Shown here piece after piece: positions 20,063 to 30,225 of a DNA stretch of 64,000 bases. Both the position numbers and the translations under genes were made by a program. The first letter of the stretch is position 1, and each line of letters opens with the position of its first letter. The notes under the pieces were generated by a model. The model made no database searches and was not told where the DNA came from. It was given only the letters and a program-made list of their open reading frames with translations. This DNA comes from Candidatus Marinacidobacterales bacterium (lineage in GTDB: Bacteria; Acidobacteriota; Vicinamibacteria; Marinacidobacterales; DATDRI01): positions 4,128,001-4,192,000 of the forward strand of contig CBDCNP010000002.1 of assembly GCA_965219415.1 (NCBI GenBank). The letters run 5' to 3'.

Positions 20063-21319
20063 TGGGCTTGATCCGGTTTCGTAGACGGTTTAGTTAAGCT
20101 GGCGAAGTCCTCATCCGTCGTTCAAACTCGGCCGGACTGACCTGGCCGAGGGTCGAGTGTCGTCGTCTCTGGTTGTAGAATACCTCGATGAAGTCGAAGA
20201 GGGCCATCTTGGCCTCGCCGCAACTGAGGAAATGCTCCCCAAGCTCGTGCTTGACCGTGGAGAACCAGCTCTCGATGACGGCGTTGTCGTAGCAGTTGCC
20301 CCGTCGGCTCATGCTCCCGGTCATGCCATGCGTCTCAAGGAGACGTTGGTAGTCTTTGCTGGCATACGGACTGCCCTGATCGGAGTGATGCAAGAGCCCC
20401 GCGGCCGGTTGGCGACGTTTCAGTGCCATCCGCAACGCCTTGATAACCAGGTGACGGTCGTTAATAGCACTTACGGCCCACCCAACGAGGAATCGCGAGT
20501 AGAGGTCGAGGAGCGCCGCGAGATAAAGCTTCCCGCCGCTGCCGATCACGAACTCGGTCGTGTCCCCGACCCACCGTTGGTTCGGCGCATCGGCGACGAA
20601 GTCTTGCCCGAGCACATTGGCCGCGACGGGCTGGCCATGACCGCTTACCGTCGTGCGCTTGAAGCGTTTGCGTACTCGAGCAATGAGGCCTTCTGCCTGT
20701 TTCAACCGAATCACCCGCTTCCGACTCACTCGATACCCCTGCTCGTGCAGGTCGTGATAAATCCGCGGACTCCCATAGGTGCGGCGACTCGCCTCATGGG
20801 AGGCACGAATCAACACGCGCAACTGGCGGTCCCGGCGCGCGTGGGCCGACGGCGGCCGACGTACCCAGGCATAAAAGCCACTCCGAGAGACGTTGAGAAT
20901 CTGACACAGGTGAACGACCGGTACGGTGGCCTTCTCCGCCTGGATGAACGCGAATCTTACTCGCTCTCCTTCGCGAAGAAGGCCGCGGCTTTTTTTAAAA
21001 CGTCGCGCTCCACCCGCAACCGCCGATTCTCTTTGCGGAGCCGCCGAAGCTCCTCGCGTTCCACGCCCGTCAAGCCCGTCCGGCCCTTCGTCCGATCGGC
21101 CCGGGCCTGACGGACCCAGTTGCGAAACGCCGATTCGGTGAGGTCAAGCTCCCGGGCCACCCGACCCACGCTCTGGCCCTCATCAAGCACCAGCCGGACC
21201 GCGCCTGCCTTAAACTCGTCATCAAACTCCCGGCGGGGTCGCCGGGGCTGCGTTGTCTTTGCCATTGTGGACATCGTATCCGCCTTTCAGAAAGTGTCCA
21301 CGAAACTGGATCAAGCCCA
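20063..21319 (-). mobile_element. IS3-family element, complete
   Basis: TG..CA TIRs; TSD tcca; orfA 20957..21274; orfB ending 20094 (HSDQGS, CYDNA..ES); A AAA AAG slippery site near 20990. Confidence 0.92.
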
Positions 21320-21332
21320 TCCAGGGTATGTC

Positions 21333-21498
21333 GGTGCTTGCGCTGTTTGCTGTTGGTGATGTGTACGTATCCCTTTGCAAAAGAGGCGCTTAAGCTCCAT
21401 TTAGCGCGCGGCGAAGGTCGTGAGCGCTATTTTGGCTGTAACTTAATGCAGCGTAAAGTCTTAGTGTCATCTCACCAACACTTAATGGCGGAAGCACC
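21333..21498. mobile_element. IS1-derived MITE C1 (~166 bp)
   Basis: ggtgctt...aagcacc termini; copies at 24403, 37922, 49227, 58724. Confidence 0.85.
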
Positions 21499-21540
21499 GA
21501 TGAATAAATAGAAGGCACAGCCGAGTTTTGGCACAGGACG
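21499..21540 (-). repeat. stacked remnants of end B and end A
   Basis: gatgaataaatagaaggcaca + gccgagttttggcacaggacg. Confidence 0.8.
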
Positions 21541-21695
21541 GGGACGGATCCGCCGTCAGCCCCGCCAACGTGTTGGATAAGGTTGGTATCGTGCTCGAAT
21601 GACGAGGACTGAGTTGGTGAGGAGCAATGGACGCCGTAGACGTGACGCTCGCCGGCTACCGTGGGGCCAGATAGGACGGACGAGGTAGCCTGCGG

Positions 21696-23570
21696 TCAAG
21701 GCGTGGCACGCCAACTCCGGTACATACCGTTGATTCCGTCCCGCCACTCGAAAAGCTCCTTACGCCAACTCTCCAGCTCCTCGCCCCGCCCTCCGGCCAG
21801 GTTTGTTTGCTCCTCCGGGTCGGTCGATAGGTCAAAGAGCTCGTCCGCCTGATTTTCATAATGATAGATGTATTTTTCGAAGTCCGTCAGTCTCACCAGA
21901 CAGGTGCGCTCTTCGAAACAGCTCATCATCAATGTTCTTTTACGGGGCAGCGCGAACATCGACGTCCCGGCCAACTGGCCATCGTCGATGGCGTACCCCA
22001 ACAAATCGGCGATCGAAGCTGGCAGATCCAGCAACGATACGGGCCCCTCGATGCGTGTGCCGTTCTGGAATCGCTGAGGATCATGGATGATTAGAGGAAC
22101 CTTCAAAACTTCCTCGTAAGGGACGGCGTCGTGGTGGTTGCGCCCGTGCTCCCCGAACGCCTCTCCGTGGTCTCCTAGAATCAGGAAGATAGAGTCTTCA
22201 TATACGCCGAGCCGTTTGTATTGATAAAAGACGTTCTTGATGAAAAAATCCACATAGCGCACGCTGTTCAAGTAATCATTGTGCCTTTCCTTGGGGTACA
22301 ACGAGTTGTGCGCGGCGCGGAACTCGATATAGCCGTACCGCCGTGGCGCTCCATACCAGTGGTGCGGGGTGTGGGTTAGGTAAACTGCGAAGAACGGCCC
22401 GTTCCTGTGGGACCTCACCCAGCGGCGGCTACTCTCGAGCACGATATTGTCTTCAAAGCCGAAATAGTTGACCTTTTCGAAGCCGTGGCTCGGCATTGTG
22501 TCGCCCGGATAGAAGTGCTCGAATCCGAAGTTTGTCACTAGGCCGCGCCGCGACTCGAAATGTTCCTTCGACGCTTGGAAGAACACCGTGCGGTACCCCT
22601 GTTCCTTCAGCAACTCTGGCAAGCAGCGACCGGGGATTCCGTTTGGCTCCGCCTCGGTGATCTCCATGACCAAGTGGGGCTCGATTCCGCACATGATAGG
22701 TACCAGTGCCTTCGATGTGTGGGGCACAACGGTGTAGACTCTCTCAACCAGTAGACTCCTTTTCTCCGCTAGCTCGGCTAGGTGAGGTGTGGTCGGCAAT
22801 CCCGGATTATATGGATTGACGACGTTGGCTCCCGTAGACTCAAGAATGATGAGCACCACGTTACGATCGGTGGTAAGCGGTGTTCTATCGAGCCTTGCAT
22901 TCGTGGCGGGCCGCGGCCGAGCACGAACGGGCTCGTTATGCCGCCAGCCGCCCACCGCCGTGGCAAGCAAGTTGACGAAAGGGTCTCTGGCGAACGGACG
23001 GCTGACACCCTCTCCTCTGGGGATGAGCGAGAGAAGGCCGAACCCCACCGCGGTAAGTCCTGCAAGGTACGTGAGCCGGTAATCCCGAACTTCGTGGCTC
23101 GGGCTCCTGCCATCTGGTGAACAAACCAACACCCGCGACAAGAGCCATGGCCCCATCGCAAAGTAGGCCAACACGACAAACCAGGAGGTGAAGCTTGCCT
23201 CACTTGCGATAATCGGTCGCACCTCGTCGAGTCCCGAGATGGAGAAAGCAAGGACCTGATAACTGAGGGCCACGCCGGTAACCGAGAAGTACTGGTGAGC
23301 AATGGTGGTGGTGAGGGCGAGGAGCGCAGAAACTGCTGGGAGCAACACGAGCAAAACTTTCCGCGCACCGGATCCTCTTCTTGTTAAAGCGAAGAGCCCT
23401 AGCCATAGCGAGATATAAGCGAGGGCGAAGGCAAGATCCGACCCAATGAGACGAAAGAAATCGATCAATCCCGGATCGACGTGGGAGAGGATCCGGGCCG
23501 TTTTGAGGGTGAGGTTGTAGCCGATCAGCGGACCAAGGACGCTGAGCAAGAAGACCCGTGGGTCCATCAT
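21696..23570 (-). CDS. membrane-anchored sulfatase-like / LTA synthase family protein
   Basis: N-terminal TMs; NVVLIILES, TPHH, GDHGEAFGEHG, ELFDL..DPEE..NL. Confidence 0.85.
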   Translation of the reverse strand: MMDPRVFLLSVLGPLIGYNLTLKTARILSHVDPGLIDFFRLIGSDLAFALAYISLWLGLFALTRRGSGARKVLLVLLPAVSALLALTTTIAHQYFSVTGVALSYQVLAFSISGLDEVRPIIASEASFTSWFVVLAYFAMGPWLLSRVLVCSPDGRSPSHEVRDYRLTYLAGLTAVGFGLLSLIPRGEGVSRPFARDPFVNLLATAVGGWRHNEPVRARPRPATNARLDRTPLTTDRNVVLIILESTGANVVNPYNPGLPTTPHLAELAEKRSLLVERVYTVVPHTSKALVPIMCGIEPHLVMEITEAEPNGIPGRCLPELLKEQGYRTVFFQASKEHFESRRGLVTNFGFEHFYPGDTMPSHGFEKVNYFGFEDNIVLESSRRWVRSHRNGPFFAVYLTHTPHHWYGAPRRYGYIEFRAAHNSLYPKERHNDYLNSVRYVDFFIKNVFYQYKRLGVYEDSIFLILGDHGEAFGEHGRNHHDAVPYEEVLKVPLIIHDPQRFQNGTRIEGPVSLLDLPASIADLLGYAIDDGQLAGTSMFALPRKRTLMMSCFEERTCLVRLTDFEKYIYHYENQADELFDLSTDPEEQTNLAGGRGEELESWRKELFEWRDGINGMYRSWRATP

Positions 23571-23879
23571 AGACGGACTCGTTCCGTGACGGATGGTAAT
23601 GGATACAAAAGTGCCTCGAGAAGCGACTCATAGTAATGCGTTCCGATATTTTCTAACATACGTCTGCCCTTGGAACTAAGGCAGCTTAGAGGCGCTGTTG
23701 CACGATTTAACCCCGGCGCGAGTAGAGCCGCTTCCCCAACCCCTCGTTCACGACACTGGCTAGGCCAAAGTTTTGTACCAGTCCTTGTGAGAGATATTAC
23801 ATCACAACTTGAAGCCATGAAACTGGGTTTCAGGCAGGTGTATAAGTCCCCCGGGGTGCTTCTGCCATCAAGTGTTGCT

Positions 23880-24004
23880 CGTCCTGTGCCAAAACTCGGC
23901 CCAGCCGGCATTGACGAAAGAACTGCGCCTCTCGAAATCAGGCTAAAACTCTAGCACGCGAACAGGTTACGCGGCGGCCGCCAACACTTGACTGCGGAAG
24001 CACC
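23880..24004. repeat. chimeric linker A + IS1/C2 end
   Basis: cgtcctgtgcc...cttgactgcggaagcacc; inverted copy at 53508-53631; preceded by a C end at 23855. Confidence 0.85.
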
Positions 24005-24402
24005 CATCGGTGCATCGGTTGCGTGACCTTCATCATTAATTGTGGTCGGCACCCTGAGCATCAGCGGGGGAACCGTCCAGCGCAGCGGGCTTCTGGTCAG
24101 GCTCCATCGTTGTCCTCCGCCGTGATTCGGCCACGGGTGCTCCGCGATAGGCGGGGCGGACACGGACTCTATGCAGTCGGACGCGAATGCCCGAACTCGT
24201 CTACTGGATGACCCGCCGCCAATAGCGCCTTCTGAATACTCCGCAGAAAATCGGGTGCTTTCAGCATTTTGCTACTAAAGTGAGGATCGGAGGGGAGCAC
24301 CAAGTCGCATACACGTCCATTTTTATCCAGTTTGTAGAATATGACAGTGGCTTGTCTATCGGGAGCCTTTCCTTCGTGAGCTGCTCCTTTTGCTTGTGGC
24401 CC

Positions 24403-24568
24403 GGTGCTTCCGCCATCAAGTGTTGGTGAGATGACGCTAAGACTTTACAGTGCATTAAGTTACAGTCAAAATAGCGCTTGTGACCTTCCGCGCGCGCTAA
24501 ATGGAGCGTAAGTGCCTCTTTTGCAAAGGGATGCGTACATATCACCAACAGTAAACAGCGGAAGCACC
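24403..24568. mobile_element. IS1-derived MITE C1
   Basis: Inverted copy of 21333-21498. Confidence 0.85.
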
Positions 24569-24880
24569 TCGCGTTCCAGAACCTAGCGCTTTACGCGCAG
24601 CGCCTCGGCAAACACCTGGTACAAGATGATCCGGGAGTGCGGGTGGAAGCGTCCCCGGAGGCACGTGCATCCGGCGAAGCCCAAGGAAGGCCTCAGAACA
24701 ACGCGCCCCAACGAGTATTGGCAAATCGACGCAACCGTGATCCGGCTGACAACCGGCATCCGAATCTACCTCCAAGCTGTCATCGACAATTTCAGCCGAA
24801 GGATTCTCGATCCTTCGACAGTACGGTGGCGGTGCGGCGTCTCGTCGCCTTCTACGTCGGTGAGTACAATGAAAAGATCC
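24569..24880 (+). pseudogene. rve transposase internal fragment
   Basis: RPNEYWQIDAT...YLQAVIDNFSRRIL. Confidence 0.65.
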
Positions 24881-25071
24881 CGCGCCCTGCGCCCCCACGA
24901 TGCGCGTCGGGAAAACGTTGCTGGTCGGCTTCGACGAAAGCTCTTACGCGGACGTTCTGGGATAGCTTCTAGGCACTTGATGTCTCGAAACTCGCGGGCT
25001 GCACGACTTCCAAGAATTCCAAATCCGGCGAGCGCATAGGGCGTCCGGCCGACCGCCTCTGCTCACCGCCC

Positions 25072-25343
25072 TTACGGATGCCGCGGGCGTGTGGTGACCT
25101 TCGCCCGCGGATACTTCGCCTTGATCTCCTTCGCGTAGGCTTCCCGCCTTCGGCGCTGAGCTTCAGGCCGATGGGCTTCGTACCAGCGGTGCGACCGCAC
25201 CATCTGAGAACAGCTCGACGAACAGTACCGCTGACGCCGCGTCTTTACGATTAGGCGTTGACACGCTGGCCGGAGACAACGGGCGAGCCGGTGGCCACTG
25301 TTCTCGAGGGTCTCGACCACCGTGAGCCAGAACGAGTCGGGCC
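25072..25343 (-). pseudogene. CGNR-like zinc finger C-terminal fragment
   Basis: RLARCLRPAC...RRQRYCSSSC; 5' end cut by a D MITE. Confidence 0.45.
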
Positions 25344-25437
25344 TGTGCCCCGCAAAAAATCGATCCGGCGTTGATTGCGCGTTTTAGACCTGCTATATTC
25401 GGCTGCTTCTGGCCGATCTTCTTTTTTGCGGATCACA
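25344..25437. mobile_element. D-type MITE (~94 bp)
   Basis: TIRs tgtgccccgcaaaaaa / ttttttgcggatcaca; second copy at 25561-25654. Confidence 0.75.
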
Positions 25438-25539
25438 GGAGTGGATTGAAACTCTGTAGGCACGAAGATACGCGGCGAGCTGTAGGGCGTCTCCCCTCGC
25501 TTCGGCGGGGGGAGTGGATTGAAACTCCGCTCAGGAGCT
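25438..25539 (+). CRISPR. CRISPR remnant: partial repeat, 36-nt spacer, full 37-nt repeat, partial spacer
   Basis: GTCTCCCCTCGCTTCGGCGGGGGGAGTGGATTGAAAC at 25489-25525; GGAGTGGATTGAAAC at 25438-25452; no cas genes. Confidence 0.75.
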
Positions 25540-25560
25540 GCGGATCACAGGCTCAACCGC

Positions 25561-25654
25561 TGTGCTCCGCAAGAAGTCGATCCGGCGTTGATTGCGCGGG
25601 TTAGACCTACCATAGTCGGCTGCTTCTGGCCGGTTTTCTTTTTTGCGGATCACG
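25561..25654. mobile_element. D-type MITE copy
   Basis: Diverged copy of 25344-25437. Confidence 0.75.
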
Positions 25655-25784
25655 GGCCTTCTTTCGCGAGCTGCGCCTTCGTTTGGTAGTACTCTTGTTT
25701 CGGCCTTACCCGGGTTCGCGCGGCGCGCGGAGCTCCGGCGCGTGTATGCCAGCCAGCCGCAGACGCTTGCCCCAGAGTTCCACG

Positions 25785-25935
25785 GTTTCACTGTCGATAA
25801 CACATGCGGTGCCAAAGTTGATTCAGGGCTTTCGTCCAACCCGTTCCACGGATGGTGCACGCTTGCCTGCTGTAAGCCAGCAATCGGCGGAAGGCTTGCC
25901 CAGGAAACTGGATCGTCGAGATCACTACAACTAAG
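25785..25935 (+). pseudogene. Nmad2-like (nucleotide modification associated domain 2) fragment
   Basis: DSGLSSNPFHGWCTLACCKPAI resembles the DxGFAPNPF.G.CTLA.CKP.I motif. Confidence 0.55.
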
Positions 25936-25989
25936 AGCAACACAAAATGGACGACGAAGAGATTAGGAGAGTGTCGGAAGGGCTGAAGC

Positions 25990-26267
25990 GGTCGTGCCGG
26001 TCGACCCGACGATGCCACCGGCGTCTTGGGAACGTGGAGAGGTTCGCTCGTGCGACTGTTTTCGAATATTCGATCTATTGTTCTGGACGCCATCGCGTTC
26101 GCTCGCAACCTATGCCGCTCGCGCAGCGCCCTCGCCGCAGAGAACCTTTTCCTTCGGAAGCAGCTTACGTTCTTCGTCGAGCGTAAGCAGCTATCGGTCG
26201 CAGGAAGGCTCGCTATAGATGGCGAGACTCAACTAAAACAGTCTCCGGGAAAACCCGGGGCGGTTCA
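25990..26267 (+). mobile_element. D-element 5' internal fragment joined to an IS3-type right end
   Basis: RSRSALAAENLFLRKQL; ends gtctccgggaaaacccggggcggttca. Confidence 0.6.
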
Positions 26268-26382
26268 CGCCATGGGAATCACTGTAACGCGAGTTACCTG
26301 CCTACCTCTTTCTGGTTCCCCGTGCGCCAGATACAATACTTAGGCGGTAGAACGTTAGAACGACCCGAAGTCTCAGCAAATC

Positions 26383-26694
26383 ATGAACCGACAGAAGATC
26401 GAATACGGCCAACCCATTGAAGTCGCCATTACACCACGGCAAAGGAGTCTCATACTGGAGCATGCGATGGTTGGGCCCGAGGTCACTGGCCTTCTACGGA
26501 TGGCGGTGGTCAAAGGTAAGAAACTCATCGTTAAGCTGACTCTGGATGATCTGGATGAGATAATTGGCTACATCGCGGCGGAAGCAAATCACACGGATGA
26601 CAAAAAGCTCCAAAAGGAATTCGACCATCTCTATGAGCGGCTAAAAACCACGATGGAGTCATATGACGACGGCATGTGGCAGGGGGCATTCTAA
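26383..26694 (+). CDS. hypothetical protein, putative integron gene cassette
   Basis: 103 aa; GTTAGAA at 26354 upstream, TTCTAAC overlapping the stop. Confidence 0.7.
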   Translation: MNRQKIEYGQPIEVAITPRQRSLILEHAMVGPEVTGLLRMAVVKGKKLIVKLTLDDLDEIIGYIAAEANHTDDKKLQKEFDHLYERLKTTMESYDDGMWQGAF

Positions 26695-26787
26695 CGCGCC
26701 ATTGAAGCTGACGGCCGGTCGCACTGCATTAGCTGTAGTCTGTGTCTTTTGCCCGGCCCCCGGCCGCAACTCCCCGGTTCGTTATTT
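26689..26787. other. degenerate attC-like site
   Basis: ttctaac..aagctgacggccgg ... ccggccgcaact..gttattt. Confidence 0.5.
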
Positions 26788-26874
26788 GGATGCTGTTCAT
26801 GCCAGTCGGAGCGCAAGAGGACGAATGAGGGGTCCGAGTCGGGAGCTCCGAGCGGCGACTGCGCGGTACATGGA

Positions 26875-27306
26875 ATGAGATGGATTAAGAAAGGTTTGAG
26901 ATTCGAGTGCCAACCAGACTGCGGTCACTGCTGCTCACAGTCAATGTTCGGCAAGGGTGACGTCGAGGGCGTCTTTTTGAGTAAGCGCGATGTGGGTCGG
27001 TTGCAGAAGGCTGGGGTTGCGTGGGCGATTGAGGAACGTGGCGACCATCGCGTTCTATCGGAGGCTTCGGGCACCTGCGTATTGCTGGATCCGAGAACGA
27101 AGGGCTGTGGGATCTACGACGTGCGGCCGACGCAGTGCCGGAACTTCCCCTTCACGCCGGGCAAAGACTCGCCAATCGCTACTCGTTCACAGTGGAACAC
27201 GGCGCGAGAGCACTGTCCTGGTATCGGTATCGGACGATACTACGACAAGCGACACATTCGAAAGTTAGTTCGGGGTCGCGCCCAGCATGGTAGCTTCCAA
27301 GTCTGA
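26875..27306 (+). CDS. YkgJ family cysteine-cluster protein
   Basis: FECQPDCGHCC, C.LLD....GCGIYDVRPTQCRNFPF, CPGIG. Confidence 0.8.
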   Translation: MRWIKKGLRFECQPDCGHCCSQSMFGKGDVEGVFLSKRDVGRLQKAGVAWAIEERGDHRVLSEASGTCVLLDPRTKGCGIYDVRPTQCRNFPFTPGKDSPIATRSQWNTAREHCPGIGIGRYYDKRHIRKLVRGRAQHGSFQV

Positions 27307-27314
27307 GGACCGTG

Positions 27315-27422
27315 GTAGGGTCGAGGGCTGGCGCGGTGCTCCGTAGGCGCGGCCTATCTGTTTCTCCCCGTTTCCTGTGGGAGTGGCTCACTAGCCACAC
27401 CGTAAGTCCGTTTCCAGCCCCC
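27315..27422 (-). mobile_element. group II intron 3' end (domain VI only)
   Basis: Minus strand ggggctggaaacgg...accgcgccagccctcgaccctac; copies at 34621 and 59887. Confidence 0.65.
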
Positions 27423-27588
27423 TGTGCTCCGCAAAAAGTCGATCCGGCGTTGATTGCGCGTTTTAGACCTGCCATGCTCGGCTGCTTCGTGCCGGTCGAC
27501 CTGACGACGCCACCGGCGTCTTAGGAACGTGGAGAGGCTCGCTCGTGTGACTGTTTTCGAATATCCGGTCTATTGTTCTGGACACGAC
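27423..27588. repeat. linker: end D plus F-like outward end
   Basis: tgtgctccgcaaaaag...ttctggacacgacg. Confidence 0.65.
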
Positions 27589-27919
27589 GAGGTTGGTCGG
27601 AATCTCGTCGACCCACTCGACGGCTTTCTGCGCGGCAAGCGATGGCTCATCCTGGACCGCGACCAGAAGTTCACCACGGAGTTTCGGAACTTGCTCGAGC
27701 ACGCCGAAACGGACGTCTTGCGGCTGCCGCACCGTTCGCCGAATCTGAACGCTTACGTCGAAAGGTTTGTTTTGTCGATCAAGAGCGAGTGCCTGGAACG
27801 GATGATCTTCTTCAGTGAGCCATCGCTGCGCCGTACCGTCGCTGAGTTCATCCATCATTATCACGGAGAGCGCAACCATCAAGGGAACGGGTTGCTCGAA
27901 GCGGAAGAATGCGGTCGGT
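27589..27919 (+). pseudogene. A-related rve transposase C-terminal fragment
   Basis: [34 protein letters not shown]. Confidence 0.75.
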
Positions 27920-29172
27920 TGTCCCTTCCATAAACTCGAGCTGTATAAGATTGGCGAACTTCCTGCAACCGGAATGCTTTGGTCGTCTTCATGTAGGACG
28001 TTTTAAGAGCCGGCGTCGGCTCTACTCAGGGGTAGAGGTGTAAGCTGGTGCGAAGTCCGGCAGCCGTTCCGAGCGGATCGGACTCAAGCAGCGCGTCGAG
28101 TGTAATAATGATGGAGACCACCGACCTTTGGAATGACTCTCACTTTGCCCATCGCCGGTGACTCTACCCGGCGAGGCTCAGGCGCGTCCTTCTCAAGCGA
28201 CAAATGAGTCCGGCACGAATGATAGTAGTCGACGTATTTGCGTAGGATTCGCTTCAGGTGCCGCTCATCAAGGACGATCACGTGGTCGAGACACTCACGT
28301 CGAATGGAGCCGATCATCCTTTCGACAAATGGATTCTGCCACGGGGAGCGCGGTGCGGTAAGGACCTGCTCCATCCCGAGACCGTCGACGCGAGTATCGA
28401 AGTACGCTCCGTAGGTCTGGTCTCGATCCCGTACCAGGTACCGAGGCGCCGTGTCCCATGGAAAAGCATCGACCATTTGCTGCGCCGTCCACTCGGCAGA
28501 AGGATGTTCGGTGACATTGAAATGAACGATACGGCGACGGTCGTGGCGAAGGACGATGAAGACGAACAGAACTCTGAAGGTTGCGGTCGGCAAAGTGAAA
28601 AAGTCGAGCGACACCAAGTCGTTTGCATGATTATCGAGAAAGCTCCGCCAAGTATGGGACGGTGGGGTGCGATGGCGAACCCTATACTTGGAGACGGCGG
28701 CCTGGGAAATGGAGATGCCTAGCTTCGCCAGCTCGCCATGCACGCGGGGAGCTCCCCAGAGAGGGTTGGCCCTGCTCATGTTCCGTATCAGCTCACATAT
28801 TTCGGGAGCGACGCCTGGTCGTCCAGGCCTACGCCGTCGGCTCTTCCAAGTCCAATATCGTCTGAACCCACAACGGTGCCAGTGGATGACCGTCTCAGGT
28901 TTCACGATGACGAGGACGCTCTCCCAGTCAGTCCAGATTCTGCGCAACAGCACCCAAAACCCGCGGTCGACATTCGAGAGCCGTGCCGTTTCACGGAACG
29001 GCGGAGGACGGCGAGCTGCTGCCGAAGAGCGACATTCTCGAGAGCCAGCTCGCGACGAGCCTTGAAGGCGGAGATGAGAGCGGGAACCAACGACGAAATC
29101 ATGCCGGCATGGTGCTGGCAGACCGGAGATTATTCAAGTTTGGTGCGCGCGGATAAATAAATAGAAGGCACA
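27920..29172 (-). mobile_element. element B: full-length rve/IS481-like IS, frameshifted
   Basis: Imperfect TIRs tgtgccttctattta / tgtcccttccataaa; ORFs 28902..29102 and 28084..28953 ([20 protein letters not shown]); no TSD. Confidence 0.85.
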
Positions 29173-29280
29173 AGACGATAGCCGCCTGTTGGTCACGGTG
29201 GCCCCAACACCAACCATGTCAAAGGCTGGATCGGCGTCCTCATGAGGACGGGCACGAAACCGGAATCTAGAGCGTTTCGG

Positions 29281-29739
29281 TCACTCGGAGCTTGCCTTCG
29301 GATAGATCTTCTCCCCGTCGTAGTCTCTCATCCCGCAGAAACCGATGACCTCGAACCCATTTTCTTTCAGCAAGGCCGCGGCACGCGCGGCTCGTCCTCC
29401 GCCGTTTCAGGCGGTGAGGATGGGTTTATCCTGTGGTAGCTCGTCGAGCCGATCGGCAAGTTGGCCGATGGGAATGTTAGTGTAGCCTTCGACCGTACCC
29501 AACTCCTCCAACTCTTCGGGGTTTCGTACATCGAGGAGAAAGACCTTCGCATCATTCAGCGCTGCCGCGAGCTCCTCGCCTTTGAGCTGTGGTGCTTCGT
29601 CGATCGCGTTGGTCGCTGATTCAGCCGGCTCAACCGGCGCCGATGAGGAAGCGGGCTCCTCTTGTCCCCCGCCGTCCCCACCACCGCAGGCGAACAGCGC
29701 CGCCGCGGCTGTCGCGGGGAGCCAATAGAGTCGTTTCAT
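29281..29739 (-). CDS. rhodanese-domain lipoprotein, probable selenoprotein (in-frame TGA at 29407-29409)
   Basis: Lipobox LFAC; LLDVRNPEE; DKPILTA-U-NGGGRAARAAALL continues in frame to the stop at 29281. Confidence 0.8.
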
Positions 29740-29870
29740 GGTCACCTCCACCGCAACCTATAGCACATCTAGGCGTTCGGCTGCCGCTGGCACCGCGGGC
29801 ACAGATACCGTGAGGAATAGACGCTTGAGATCCAGACCCGGATATTCGAAAACAGTCGCACGAGCGAGCC

Positions 29871-30065
29871 CGTCGTGTCCAAAAATACAAACGAACTCAA
29901 GCTTCGCGCACCGGGCTTTCGGTTACCACCCTTCTGAGGGTGTGCCTCCTATTTATTCATCCGCGCGCACCGAACTTGATTAGTCTCCGGTCTGCCGGCT
30001 GTGCTCCGCAAAAACTCGATCCGTCGTTGATTTTGCAGTTTAGACCTGCCAGGATTGGCCGTTTC
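29871..30065 (+). repeat. stacked ends F, B and D
   Basis: cgtcgtgtccaaaaa (29871), tgtgcctcctattta (29941), tgtgctccgcaaaaa (30000). Confidence 0.75.
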
Positions 30066-30225
30066 GCGGCGAACGGATGAAGTGACCCAATCGGTATGGT
30101 ATGGTCAAGTTATTGAAAACCTGGCTGACCGGCCCTCAAGATGATGGGCTTGAGTTCTGTCGTGAACCGGCCATGTTGGGGATCGGCCAGCCCGGTTCTG
30201 CTTAACTTTAACAATACCCCTGACT

